A DNA stretch of 64,000 nucleotides, taken from Heptranchias perlo. Taxonomy: Eukaryota. Each line of letters opens with the position of its first letter. Position 1 is the stretch's first letter. The position numbers and the translations under genes were made by a program. Under the pieces are notes generated by a model. That model worked only from the letters and a program-made list of their open reading frames with translations, did no database searches and was not told the DNA's origin. This document shows positions 1 through 12,809 of the stretch, in pieces. Location: contig NW_027139442.1 of assembly GCF_035084215.1 (NCBI RefSeq), positions 4,526,001 through 4,590,000 of the forward strand, written 5' to 3'.

Positions 1-129
1 GTCAAGGGATGAACTCAGAAACACTCTCTGCCAATAATAAACACTGTTACATTGAAAGAAGTATAAAGTTCTGGAAATACCAAGAATGTTGAATAGACTG
101 CCCTAAAATCTTTGTTCCCATTCACTCAC

Positions 130-420
130 CTGTTATAGTTACCGTCACAGACTCGCTGAGCTGGGATTCTAACCATCTTGTTTTGGCATAGATTCCATAC
201 TTGCATTGGTACATCCCTCCTAGGGTTGGACCGGTAACGGTGAAGGTTACAGTATTGTCCTTTGCGAAGAGCTGACGAGACCACAGCAGTTGATTATCTC
301 TGTAAAAGTAGATTTGACCACGACATTCTCCGGCCACGGTGCAGGTTATGGTGACCGTTTCTCCTTCTAAATACACCCCAGTCGGTTGATCAAGTGATAT
401 CTCTGGCGGTGTTAGCGGAT
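130..420 (-). CDS. Ig-superfamily receptor, Ig exon 6 (type A domain DPLTPPEISLDQPTGVYLEGETVTITC...YQC...VTVTIT); gene continues beyond the left edge
   Basis: 291-nt open exon, acceptor tttaccacAG (421-422), donor GTGAGT, phase 1-1. Cys pair TITC/YQC; paralogous to exons at 5329, 7978 and 10430. Confidence 0.9.
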
Positions 421-1679
421 CTGTGGTAAAATCAATGGAAATAACAATTCGAAATGGAACTGTGTATTTTCATGTACAGTTCAAGAATGGTGACTCAGTT
501 AGGATGGCGGTTTGTTGAAGGGAAATGTTTACATAATTTCTGAGATTCCACAAAAAAAGGGAATTCGCGATTTACTTTCCTCAATCAGTGGAAGTGCGAA
601 AGTAAAGAAATCAGCTGGTGGTTCTATTTCGAAAATCAGCGCTTGGCCCAGAAATTGCTCTTTGCGATACGAGCAGAACACGGAAAATGCATTGATTTGA
701 ATTCCCCTGTTCTGTTAATTTAGCCGAGCTGCAAACTCGATTAGAGACAGTGAATGGAGTAGATTTAGATTTTGTGCGTTAGTGTAAGATGAATGCTAAC
801 GGGACGGCATTCAATTTTACATCTCGGCCGATTTGACTGCAATGGGAATGAAAATCGGGAGTGATGTAAAACAGGATTGATGATTCGCTTTCACCCGTTT
901 TACAATATCGCGCAAAATCAAAATCTCCCCCAATGTATCCGCTAAACCGTGGTGATTCGCTCTTAAAATAAAGGAGTTAAGTGTTGGTGGACTCGAAATT
1001 AATTTTATATAATTGTTTCCGATGTGGGCGTTTCCGCTGCCCATCCCGAGTTGCCTTTGTGAAGATAGTGGTGGGTCTTCTTCATGAGTCGCTGCAGCCT
1101 GTGTAGTGAGGAGGCTCCCACAATGCTGTTTGGGAGAGAGTCTCAGGATATTGATCCAGCAATAATAATGGAACGGTTATATAAGTCCAAGTCGGGATGT
1201 TGCTTGATAACGTTCCTGTGAAGCGATTCGGGACATTATTACTCCGTTAAAGGCGGTGTATAAATGCAAGTTTTTGTTATTGTTGTGACGCTACGTTCAG
1301 CGCAGTTGAGATCTTGGCGATGTGCCATCATTGTGGCATTGAACTGTTCTGTCTGCTAGTTCGGGCATGTAAGGAGTAAATTTGGAAATTAGGAACATAG
1401 ATCTGCTTTTATCCTTCAACAAGGTCTTACGTTGCACTTCATCAGGTGTCTCCTGCCAATGGCTGTCAGGAAGATTCATCTCTGGAATGCAGCATTTCTT
1501 CAGTACTCACCAAAATGGGGCAATTTTAACTTAAACCACCCGGCGGAAACAGAGTCGGTTCAGTCGGCCGACGATTTTGCACTTGGCCCGATTTTATGCA
1601 CCACTAGAATGGTTGGAGGGTAAAATCGAGCGGAGCGTAAAACTGGTGACCAACCTGAATAGGGCTCCAGCTTCGGATA

Positions 1680-4060
1680 ATAACCACCGAAGGATAATTA
1701 AAGAGATGGGGCAGGCGCTCTGTGAGCTCCGTGAACCTGTCTTCAGTAGTTCAATAAAGTTAGGGAAAGTTGCCTTAGACTGGAAGTTAGCCCATGTAGT
1801 TCATGTTTTCAAAAAATGGGTCAAATGAGAGCCAGCGAACAACAGGCCCATCGGCCTGACATCCATTATCAGGAAAATACTAGAAGGAATCGTAAGAGGT
1901 GTCCTTCGTGATCACTGGGAAAGAGAAGGGGCCATTAGACATCTACAACACGGCTTCCTGGAAAGTAAGTCGTGCCTTACAAATTTGATTGAGTTTTTTG
2001 AGGATGTTACCAGGGTATTGGATGAGGGAAATCCAGTACGCATTATCTATCTGGACTTTCAGAAAGCCTTTGTTCAGCACTCCTGATATGAAGTTACTTC
2101 ACAAGATAGGATCTTGTCATATCAGTAGGAATTTGATACGGTGGATCAGCAATTGGCTCCTGGAGGCAAGTTACAAGTTTTGTTTCCAAGGGATCGCTAC
2201 TATGCCCGCTACTGTTCACGGTCTTCCTTAATGACCTGGGCAGCGGTGTTGTGATTATGGTCAGTAAGTTTGCAAATAATACAAAATCTGTAAAATGGTT
2301 AAGGCAGTACAGGAATGCAATCAACTGCAAAGAGATTTAGATGCGCTTGTGGACTAGGTCACACCATGAAAAATTATATTTATTAATAGGACCAAAGCTC
2401 TTTTTGATATATATATTAATGACCTGGACTTGGGTAAACAGGGTATAATTTAAGATTTTCAGGAGACACGAAAGACAGGAAATGTAGTAAACAATTTGGA
2501 GGGTTGTAACAGACTTCAGGAGGTCTTGGCAGACTGGTGAAATGAGCAGACCCATGGCAGATGAAATTTAACGCAGAGAAGTGTGAAGTGATACATTTTG
2601 GGAGGAAGAATGAGGAAAGGCAACATAAACTAGATGGTACAATTTTAAAGGGGATGCAGGAAAGGAGAGACCTGGGGATGCACGTTAACAAATCTTTCAG
2701 AGTGGTTGGACAAGTTGAGATGCCTGCTAAAAAAGCATAAGTTTATACTGGGCTTTATTAATAGAGACATAGAGTACAAGAACAAGGAAATTATGCTAAA
2801 CCTTTCTAAAATACGGGCTAGGCCTCAGTTTGAGTACTATGTTCAATTCTGGGCACCACACATTAGGAAGGATGTCAAAGCCTTAGAGAGGGTAAAGAAG
2901 AGTTTTACGAGAATGCTACCAGGGATGAGGGACTTCAGTTATGTGGAGAGATTGGAATAGCTGTGGTTCTTCTCCTTAGATCAGAGAAGGTTAAGAGGAG
3001 ATTTGAAAGAGGTTTTCAAAATCATGAATGGCTTTGCTAGAGTAAAGAAAGAGGAAATGCTTCTATTGGCAGGATGGTCGGTAACCAGAGCACACAGATT
3101 TAAGGTGATCGGCAAACAGCCAGAGCGAGATGAGGAATATTGCTTGACACAGCGAGTTATAAAAATCTACAATGCACTGCCAGAAAGGGCGGTGGAAGCA
3201 CATTCAATTGTAACATTCAAAATGGAATTAGTTAAATACTTGAAGAGAAAAAAAATATGCGATGGTGAAAGAGCAGAGAATGTGATTAATGGACAGCTCT
3301 TTCTAAGAGCCGGGAGAGGGACGATGTACCTACTATGATAAAATGCACGGTGCTCTACCTACTATGATACTATGAACGGAGATCAATGTGATGTCCTGCA
3401 CGTTCGTACGTCCAACACAGAATAAGCGCATCATTTGCAGGGAACAATACTGAAAGAGGTTGAGGGAGAAAAGTATCTCGGTGTCATTGTATACAGATCA
3501 CTGAAGGTTAATGACCAATGGAGAGAATCTGTAGCTAAAGCTAAAATGGTATTGGGCTGTGTTAATACCACACAACTCCATATTTGTGGATAAACCTCTC
3601 CAAAATAATTCAAGGGCTGAATAGCGTGCCTATTGATAGATTATTCCAGCTTAACAGATTGGGGATGACCAGGGGATATGAAATGAAACTACGCAAGTGT
3701 AGAAATAGATAGGATGTCAGGCAGTTCTTTTTCCAGAGTTTAGTGAGCCCCTGGTGAGGTGGTTGTTGACTCTTTGCACGACATAAAGCAAGCTGGACCG
3801 CTTCTTGACTCGGGCAGAAATCGCACCTATATAAGGTAAGTGACTTTATAGATACCATTTGGTCCATGTGATCTCCAGGCTGGTTTCGACCGCCTCACTG
3901 GATCAAAGAGGAATTTTTTAGAGTATTTTTCCCTTATCGGCCCTGAATATTCATCTGTTTTTGTCTCTCCCCGGAGATTACATAGCTGCAAGGGCGGGAT
4001 CGTAATGTTCCAGCCATAATGAATGTGGGTCAGGCATGATGGACCAGCTGGTCTTTCCTG
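1680..4060 (+). mobile_element. Nested degenerate CR1 LINE ORF2/3' fragments
   Basis: RT-type motifs (YLDFQKAF-like, RPQFEYYVQFWAP, ERLE.L.LFSL) with frameshifts and CR1 3' tails. Confidence 0.85.
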
Positions 4061-4134
4061 TGTAGGTTCGAATGCTGATAGAGTTAGGTGAATAGACTGG
4101 GGGGAGGCTAGTGAGGAGCATAAACATGGACACA

Positions 4135-4775
4135 TAGAAACATAGAAAATAGGAGCAAGAGCAGGCCGTTCCGCCCTTATGACCTATTCCGCCTTTCAAA
4201 ATGATCATTGCTGATTGTCTAACTCAGTATCCTGTTCCCGATTTTTCCCCATATCCCTTGATCCCTTTAGCATTAAGGCGTATATCTATCTCCTTCTTGA
4301 ATACATCTAATGAATTGGCCTCCAATGCCTACTGTGATAGAGAATTCCACAGGTTCGCGACGCACTGAGTGAAGAAATTTCTCCTTATCGCTGTTCTAAA
4401 TGGAATACCCCGTATCCTGAGACTGTGACCCCTGGTTCTGGACTCCACAGCCATCGGGAACATCCTCCCTGCGTCTAGTCTGTCTAGTCCTGTCAGAGTT
4501 TGGTATGTTTCAATTAGATCACCTCTCATTCTTCTAAACTCTAGTGAATACAGGTCTAGTCGATCCAATCTCTCCTCATACGTCAGTCCTGCCATTCCAG
4601 GAATCAATCTGGTAAACCTTCGTTGCACTCCCTCCATGGCAAGGACATCCTTCCTCGGATGAGGAGACCAAAACTGCACACAATACTCCAGATGTGGTCT
4701 CACCAAGGCTCTGTATAACTGCAGTAAGACATACCTGCTCCTGTAGACAATCCTCTTGCAATGAAGGCCATCGCC
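4135..4775 (-). mobile_element. CR1 LINE 3' fragment
   Basis: LYRALVRPHLEYCVQFWSP...RRFTRLIPG...NLWNSL and (TTCTATGT)n tail. Confidence 0.9.
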
Positions 4776-5328
4776 CATTTCGGCCGAATGTCCTTTCTCT
4801 ATGCTTTACTTTCTATGTAATTCTATGTCGTTCAATATCATTCTATCTAAGTTGTAAGCTGCCCCTTTTTTGCCTTTGCCAGTTATCCAAAATAACATTA
4901 TTTGTCTCCTTGTGATCTGAGCCCAAGACTTGGCTGGGATGGAATTCACATAATTCTGCCTTAGTGGGGTATAAATTGGTCTTGACTGGTAGCGTGAGTT
5001 AATTAGAAAGTTAAATCAGGCAGAGTGTAATATGGGCTGCAATCCGCAACCACACGGTTTGCACGACAGCCGAAGCCAAATATCACCCTACACTTGGATA
5101 TAGTAAGAAAGGAGTCAATGAGAATGCTTGTTTCTATTAATGTTTTCGGAGGCAGTAAACGGTCAGCCTGTGTGTTCAGGACCCATTGTTGCAGGGACCC
5201 TGTCAGGAGCTGAGCTCAAGGACCTTCTCTGTGAGTATTAAACACTATTCTATCAAAACAATATGAAATTTTGAAAATAACAAGTGTATTGAACAGATAT
5301 ATTAACAATCTCTGTCCCCTTCACTTAC

Positions 5329-5619
5329 GTGCAATAGTGACCGTCACAGCCTTGCTGAACTGGGATTCCAACCACCTTGTTTTGACAGAGGTTCCATATT
5401 TGCATTGATACCGTCCTCCTTGTTTTTTACTGGTAACCGTCAATATTCCAACGTTGTCCTTTGCGAAGAATTGGCGAGAGGACAGCAGTTCATTATTTCT
5501 GTAAAAGTAGATTTTACCGCCATATTCTTTGTTCACGGTGCAGGTAATGGTGACCGTCTCTCCTTCTAAATATACGCCAGTCGATTGATCAAGAGATATC
5601 TCTGGTGGTATCAGCGGAT
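5329..5619 (-). CDS. Ig-superfamily receptor, Ig exon 5 (type A)
   Basis: 291-nt open exon DPLIPPEISLDQSTGVYLEGETVTITC...YQCKYG...VTVTIA, ccacAG acceptor, GTAAGT donor, phase 1-1. Confidence 0.9.
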
Positions 5620-5979
5620 CTGTGGTAAAATCAATGGAAAGAACAGTTAGGAATGGATCTGAGGATTTTCATGTCCAGTGAAAGGTTGATAACTCAATAA
5701 CGGTTGCGTTGTGTCGAAGGAATTTGTGTGCATCGGGAATAAAATTCTACCAAGGGGGAATTCACGATTTCATTAGCGCAATCAGCGAAATTGCGAAAGT
5801 AAAAAAAAACCGCCGGGATATCTATTTCCAACATCTGGGTTTCGGCCTGAAATTGCACTCTGGGATACGAGCAAAACAAGGAAAATGTGTTGAATTCAAA
5901 TTGCAATTTCTGCTGATTTAGCCGAGCTGCAAACCCAATTAAAAAGAACGAATGGGGTAGATTTTGAGTTTGTGCGGTG

Positions 5980-6727
5980 CTGTAAAGCGGGAGATGGCGA
6001 GTCAGAAACCCATTTTACATCTCTCCCCATTTGAACAGTGCAAAGTTGGTGATGGCGAGTCGGAAGCCCATTTTACACCTCTCCCCATTTCTATAGTGTA
6101 AAGCGGGTGATGGCGAGTCGGAAGCCCATTTTACATCTCTCCCATTTGCACAGTGTAAAGCGGGTAATTACGAGTCGGAAGCCGATTTTACATCTATCCC
6201 CATTTGTGCAGTGCACAGCGGGAGATGGCGAGTCAGAAGCACATTTTACATCTATCCCCATTTGTGCAGTGTGAAGCGGGAGATGGCGAGTCAGAAGCCC
6301 ATTTTATATCTCTCCCCATTTGTATGGTGTAAAGCGGGTGATGGCGAGTCGAAAGCCCATTTTACATCTCTCCCCATTTGTACAGTGTAAAGCGGGTAAT
6401 TGCGAGTCGGAAGTCCATTTTACATCTCTCCCCATTTGTACAGTGTGAAGCGGGTAATTGCGAGTCGGAAGCCCATTTTACATCTCTCCCCATTTGTACA
6501 GTGTAAAACGAATGATGGCGAGTCGGAAGCCCATTTTCCATCTTTCCCCATTTGTACAGTGTAAAGCGGGTAATTGCGAGTCGGAAGCCGATTTTACATC
6601 TTTCCCCATTTGTACAGTGTAAAGCGGGTGATGGCGAGTCGGAAGCCCATTTTACTTCGTTCCCCATGTGTACAGTGTAAAGCGGGTGATGGCGAGGCGG
6701 AAGCCCATTTTACATCTCTCCCCATTT
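5980..6727. repeat. 60-bp minisatellite, ~12 copies
   Basis: Unit GTGTAAAGCGGGTGATGGCGAGTCGGAAGCCCATTTTACATCTCTCCCCATTTGTACA recurring every 59-60 bp. Confidence 0.95.
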
Positions 6728-7977
6728 GACTTCAATGGAAATGGAAATAGAGAGTTCTGTCAAACGGGATTGCTGATTGGCTTTCACCCGTTTTACTTTG
6801 TCGCACAAAGTCTAGATCGACCCCAATATCTCCGTTAAACCGTGGAGACTCGCTTTAAAAATAAATGTTAAATGTTGGTGCAATTGAAATTACTTTTAAA
6901 AAATCATTCAATGGGATGTGGGCGTTGCTGGAAAGGCCGCAATTTTGTCCATCATCGGATGCTCTTGACAGGGTGGTGGTGGGTCTTATTCTTTATATGC
7001 AGGCTTCTGAAAAGTGAAGGTGCTCCCACAATGATGTCACATAGGGAGTTCCAGGATTTTGACCCAGCGACCATGAAGGGATGATGATATATGTCCAAGT
7101 CAGGATGGTGTGAGACTTGGAGCGGGACTCGAGGGTGATGGTGTTCCCACGCACATGCTGCACTTGTCCATCTTGTTAGTGCAGGTCGCGGGTTTGGGAG
7201 GAGCTGCCGGACAGCAATCCAGTCAGAGACATGGAAAGTCGCAATAGAATTAAGTTTAAATATTCCGCATTAAGGACTATTTTGAAAATCTCCGCATGCA
7301 GATCTAATAGAAAAATGTAAAGCGACAAGGCCAGTCAATCTGAGAGGGTGACGCGACAGTCAGTGGATTTAAAATACTGACGATTTGCTATCATTGTGGC
7401 ATTAAACTGTTCAGTCTGATAGTTCAGATACATGAGAGATAACACTGGAAATCAGGAAGATGGATGAGCATCAATATCACACAGCCTGCAGTTATCTTTT
7501 GAAGTTCTTGTGTTCACATCGCTCCTGATCGGGTATCTCGGGCCAACGGCTGAAAGGAGGACTCATCTCTGGAATGTAGAATTCCCTCAGTAATGAGTTA
7601 AATGGGCAATTTTAACCTGACCTTTCCGGAAGGAACGGCACGATTTCAGTCGACGGCTGGTATTAAACTCCGCATAAATCTCAGCTCCATTAAAGAAAAT
7701 GGAGTTTAAAATTGGGCGAACTGTAAATTAGATGGCTGACCGAAGCGGTCCTTTTACCACCGGGGGGGCCTAAGTAATCAAACCAATTGTTACCTTGGGG
7801 TCTGACCTCAAGGTTTGTTTGGGGTTGGAGCAAAAAATTGTGACAATGGGGTAGAAACCCGTCTTTGGTGTTGGGCTATTCGGGCGGTAGCGTTTCAGCA
7901 GCCCAGTGGAAAAAGCAATAGGGTGGAATGTAACACGTGCTGCTGATATATTAACATCTATGTTCCTATTCACTTAC

Positions 7978-8268
7978 CTGCTACAGTTAACCAAACAGCC
8001 TCACTGGGCTGGGACAGGAATCGTCTTGTTGTGACAGAGGTTCCATATTGGCATTGGTACAGCCCTCCTTGTTTTGTACTGGTAAGCAGCAATGTACCAA
8101 TATTGTCCTTTGTGAAGAGTTGACGAGAGGACAGTGGTTGATTTTCTTTGTAAAAGTAGACTTGACCGCGATACTCTCTTTTCACGGTGCAGGTAATAGT
8201 GACCGTCTCTCCTTCTAAATACACTCCAGTCGATTGATCAAAAGTTATCGCTGGCTTTGTAAGCGGGT
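7978..8268 (-). CDS. Ig-superfamily receptor, Ig exon 4 (type A)
   Basis: 291-nt open exon DPLTKPAITFDQSTGVYLEG...YQCQYG...VWLTVA, AG/GTAAGT boundaries, phase 1-1. Confidence 0.9.
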
Positions 8269-8834
8269 CTGTGGTAAAATAAATGGATCGAACAATTAGA
8301 AATGGATCTGTGGATTTTCATGTGTAGTGAAAGGTCTGTTACACAATATCGATTTTACTGTGTTCAAGGAAATTGGTTGCATCGGGGACGGAGATTCTAC
8401 AAATCGGGAATTCGCAACGTCATGAGCGAAAACAAATAGAAATGGGAAAGAAAATAAATTAGCTGGGGTTCTATTTCCAAAATCAGTTTTCGTCCCAGAT
8501 ATTTCTCTCATAAGGTGAGGATAAAGTGATTGAAGTTAAAAACCTGTCCACGTGCTGTCATTGCCGCATTAAATATTTCGCCCTGATAGTTCAGACATGT
8601 AGGGGATAAAATCGGTCTTTGATGGTAGCGTAAAATGGACGGCAATGTAACGGCAGCCTGTTCCACACTCCTACTTATATGATAAGGAAAATTGGCCCTG
8701 CCTAAAACGTGAGGCAGATTTGCTATGGCCGTTTTTCCGCTACCAGCGAGGATGAATTTCACGTATATTTTCAAGGCGTGAGCGGCCATCAAGTAATATC
8801 CGATTATCTTAGAGTGATAGGAATTGAAACTTAC

Positions 8835-9140
8835 CCACCACCGTGAGCTTCACTGTATCACTTCGCTCTGACATCATCTCCCGCTCTGACACTGTATTTT
8901 TATATACACAGAAGTAATCTTCTGAACCGGCCCCCAAATGGTTCGTGATGTCAAAGGTGACAGCGGATTGCGATGACTGGGCTGTGTCCGTTTCGACTGG
9001 TGTATTTTGGCCTCTTCTGTACAAATAGAAACTGCTGCCTAAATATGGAGACCGTGATTCACAAGTAACCGTGGCCACTTCTCCTGTCACAAATACTTTA
9101 TCCCGACGGTTAAGAGATAGTGACGGTTTGAGAGGGTAAG
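8835..9140 (-). CDS. Ig-superfamily receptor, Ig exon 3 (type B domain AYPLKPSLSL...ATVTCES...FYLYR...DYFCVY...SERSDTVKLTVV)
   Basis: 306-nt open exon, tttacAG acceptor, GTAAGT donor, phase 1-1. KPSLS start and S..SD.V.L.V end resemble LRC/FcR-like C2 domains. Confidence 0.88.
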
Positions 9141-9382
9141 CTGTAAACACAAAAAGGGAACACATTAATGTTAAATACACGAAAACATACGGGACTAATT
9201 ATAACATATCCCGCCGCCTTGAAATGGGTTAGTTCGGGCCGGGCACCCGTTTTACAGTTCGCACCATCTGTTAGCACAGATTAGAATCGGTCGGGTGTAA
9301 AACGATCGATCCACCCGATCCTGTTAGCTTTCGGCCTGGCTGGAAAGGGCAAAACAGCGTTACGAGACAGCAACTGTACTCA

Positions 9383-10149
9383 TTCCTACATCCGGACTGC
9401 AGGTCCAATATTAGAATGTAATTCCTTTCCTTCCTACATTCCGGACTGCAGGTCCAATATTAGAATGTAATTCCTTTCCTTCCTACGTTCCGGACTGCAG
9501 GTCCAATATTAGAATGTAATTCCTTTCCTTCCTACATTCTGATCTGCAGGTCCAATATTAGAATGTAATTCCTTTCCTTCCTACATTCCGGACTGCAGGT
9601 CCAATATTAGAATGTAATTCCTTTCCTTCCTACATTCTGAGCTGCAGCTCCAATATTAGAATGTAATGCCTTTCCTTCCGACATTCCGGACTGCAGGTCC
9701 AATATTAGAATGTAATTCCTTTCCTTCCTACATTCTGATCTGCAGCTCCAATATTAGAATGTCATGCCTTTCCTTCCTACACTTCGGACGGCAGGTCCAA
9801 TATTGGAATGTAATCCCTTTCCTTTCTACATTCCGGACTGCAGGTCCAATACTAGAATGTAATTCCTTTCCTTCCTACTTTCCGGACTGCAGGTCCAATC
9901 TCACAATGTAATTCCTTTCCTTCCTACATTCCGGACTGCAGTTCCAATATTAGAATGTAATTCCTTTCCTTTCTACATTCCGGACTGCAGGTCCAATCTT
10001 ACAATGTAATTCATTTCCTTCCCACATTCCGTACTGCAGGTCCAATATTAGAATGTATTTCCTCTCCTTCCTGCATTCCGGACTGCAAGTCCAATATTAG
10101 AATCTAAAACGTTTCCTTCCTACATTCCGGACTGCAGGTCCAATATTGG
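9383..10149. repeat. 49-bp minisatellite, ~15-16 copies
   Basis: Unit CCGGACTGCAGGTCCAATATTAGAATGTAATTCCTTTCCTTCCTACATT (starts 9392, 9441, 9490...). Confidence 0.95.
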
Positions 10150-10429
10150 AGATACCAAAGTATCTGAAACAAGCACTTAAAGAGGAATAGTTTGAATATT
10201 AGAATTTGATATCTTCACGTAAGCGAGAAAAGTCAAACCGTCAACTCCAGTAATGATCTGGTGGGCAGTCGATGCGCAATTGAGCAATGAGATCAAAAGC
10301 CATTCGGTTATATTCCTCTCTCGTAATATTAAACGTTCAATTTTGTTGCAGTGAATAGAGCGTGTTTTTAAAAATATATGTTAAGAGCTTGAACAGGCAT
10401 ATTAAAAATCTCTGTTCCATATCACTCAC

Positions 10430-10723
10430 CTGCTATCGTTACCGACACAGCCTCGCTGAGCTGGGACCACAGCCACCTTCTGTTGACGGATCTTCCATAT
10501 CGGCATTGGTACCGCCCTCCCTGGTTTGTACCTGTTACCGTGAATGTTCCAATGTTGTTCTTTGTGACGATTTGACTAGAGTACAGAATTTCGCTATTTC
10601 CGTAAAAGTAGAATACTTCGCCGAGATAGTCCCTCGTCACGGTGCAGGTAATGGTGACTGCCTCTCCTTCCAAATACACACCAGTCGATTGATCAAGTGA
10701 TACCTCTGGCGGTGTTAGCGAAT
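10430..10723 (-). CDS. Ig-superfamily receptor, Ig exon 2 (type A)
   Basis: 294-nt open exon DSLTPPEVSLDQSTGVYLEGEAVTITC...YQCRYG...VSVTIA, AG/GTGAGT boundaries, phase 1-1. Confidence 0.9.
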
Positions 10724-11039
10724 CTGTGGTAAATAAATGGAAAGACCAATTAGAAATCGATCTTTGGGTTTACTTGTGCTGTGGAAGTTTAGAAACTCAA
10801 TATAGATTCTGCTGTTCGATCGGGGACTGAGATGTCAAAAAGGGGAATTCGTGGTCTCATCAGGAGAATGATAGAAAAGTGCGAAATAACAAGAAATAAA
10901 TCAACTGCGTGTGGTATTTCCAAAGTTGAGTTTTAGCTCAGAAATTGCACCGTGGAAAGCGAGTGGAGTCAGGGGAATGCATTAATCTGCAATTCTTATT
11001 TCTGATCATTTATCAGAGGAGCAGACTGGATTATACAAC

Positions 11040-11720
11040 AAATACTTGCATAGCGCCTTTATCGTAGTAAAACGTCCGACGGTGCTTCACAGGTGCGATA
11101 CCAAACAAAATTTGATACCGAACAATATGAGGAGATATTGAGGTCGGTGACCAAAAGCTTGGACAGATAGGTTTTTAGAAGGAGAGAGGGGAAGAGAGGC
11201 CGAGAGGTTTCGCGAGGGAATGCCAGCGGTTGGAGCCCAGGCAGCTGAAGGCTTGGCCGCCAATTGTGGAGCAATGAAAATCATGGATGCGGAAGAGGCC
11301 AGAATTGGATGAGCGCAGAGATCTCAGGAGGATTGTGGGGCTGGAGGAGATTACGGAAATAGGGAGTGGTGAGGCCATGGAGGGTTTTGAAAACAAGGAT
11401 GAGAATTTTAAAATCGAAGCGTTGCAGGACCGTAAGCCAATGCAGGTCAGTGAGCACAAGAGGAGATGGGTTTTCGGGAATTGGTGAGAGTTAAGAGAAG
11501 TGCAGCAGAGTTTTTTTCATCAGCTCAATTTCGTGGAGGGTAGAAGATGGGAGACCGGCTCGGAGAGCACTGGAAAAGTCGAGTCTAGAGGTAACAAAGG
11601 CAAGGATGAGGGTTTCAGCAGCATATAAACCAAGGGTGGAGATGGGCAATGTTAGGTGGAAGTAGGCACTCTTGGTGATGGAGTGGATATGTGGTCAGAA
11701 GCTCATCTTCGCGTCACATC
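11040..11720 (-). mobile_element. L2-type LINE 3' fragment
   Basis: Degenerate L2 ORF2 C-terminus (L..LHWL..QR..FKIL-type, IGG.AFS) on the minus strand plus 3' tail. Confidence 0.75.
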
Positions 11721-11899
11721 GGACGTCAATTTAAATTTTTTCTAATTTGACAGTTTGCAATTAATCCACAGTAAGATTTGTAGATGGCGGTGGGCCTGGC
11801 GGTGTCTGCCAGCGGTTACTAATATCGGCGTCACCACCATAACGTGCACATGTAATAACTATTATCAAGTTAACCAGTTCCTTGAGTTTTGCAACCTAT

Positions 11900-12240
11900 A
11901 CGGACGGTTGAACTGAGTGAGTGCTGCATTGTCGGAGGTACCGTCGTCTGCACTCTCAGGTGGACGTAAAAGATGGCATGATTTCAAAGAAGAGCAGTGG
12001 TGTTCTCCCTGGAGTTCTGTCCACTATTTCTCCCTCAACCAACAGGAGGGGGAAAAAAGCATATTATCTGTCCGTTATCTCATTGGTTTTTGTGGGATCT
12101 TCCTATGAGCAAATTAGCTGGCGCGTTTCCTACATTACAGCAGTGACTACACTTTAAAAGTACGTCATTGGTTGCTAAGCTCTTTAAGACATCCTGAGGT
12201 CGTGAAATGCGCTATATATTAATGCAAGTCTTTCTTTCTT
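11900..12240 (+). mobile_element. Deu-domain-type SINE fragment abutting the Ig exon 1 donor
   Basis: GTGCTGCATTGTCGGAGGT...CAGGTGGACGTAAAAGAT...GAAGAGCAG core and L2-like tail (GCGCTATAT..ATGCAAGTCTTTCTTT). Confidence 0.6.
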
Positions 12241-12249
12241 TTCATTTAC

Positions 12250-12543
12250 CTGTAACAGTTATTTCAACAGAGTTGCTGTACTGTGATTGCACCTCTCTTC
12301 CTGAAACAGTTTTCGTGTCCCGGCAAGTGTACGATCCTCTGTCCCCATCAGAGATCTGGTCAATGCGGAGCCTGGCCCAACGTCGATCTACATCTGTGCG
12401 GGTCAGTAACTCACTGTTTCTGTAGAAAGTGAAAGGGCTCCCGCTGTGGAGCCCGAGACTGGTACATGTTAGAGTGGCCGCATCTCCTTTTATGTACACA
12501 CCCGAATGTTGGTCCAGAGCAATTCTTGGAATCACAAGAGAAT
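12250..12543 (-). CDS. Ig-superfamily receptor, Ig exon 1 (type C domain DSLVIPRIALDQHSGVYIKGDAATLTC...DGDRGSYTC...VEITVT)
   Basis: 294-nt open exon, tttcAG acceptor, GTAAAT donor, D-x-G-x-Y-x-C motif, phase 1-1. Confidence 0.88.
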
Positions 12544-12809
12544 CTGAAACAAAAGTTAAAGATTAATTTTACCTAAGCTACACTTTGCCAGACTTGCACG
12601 CATTATGTAGGTGAATATTAATACTTATTAATGCTTTGCTGCCACCAGTATTTATAATAAATGTTAGCCCACAACTCAGAGTTGAGTTGAAAAGAGTCGG
12701 TGCGCAGTGAAACTAACCATCAGTTAGATGAGCCTCATCTTTCTCTCCAATCAAAAATCCAGCTGCATTCATTGTAGCAGAGGAAAACCCAGGGATAGGA
12801 TCATGGTAA

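Noticed and set aside
5980-10149. CRISPR-like arrays
   Set aside because: The units are contiguous tandem repeats without unique spacers, in eukaryotic intronic context with no cas genes.
130-12543. Rearranging antigen-receptor (Ig/TCR/NAR) segments with RSS
   Set aside because: Exons end in ordinary GT donors, lack the V-domain WYxQ motif, and no heptamer-12/23-nonamer signals were seen next to them by eye.
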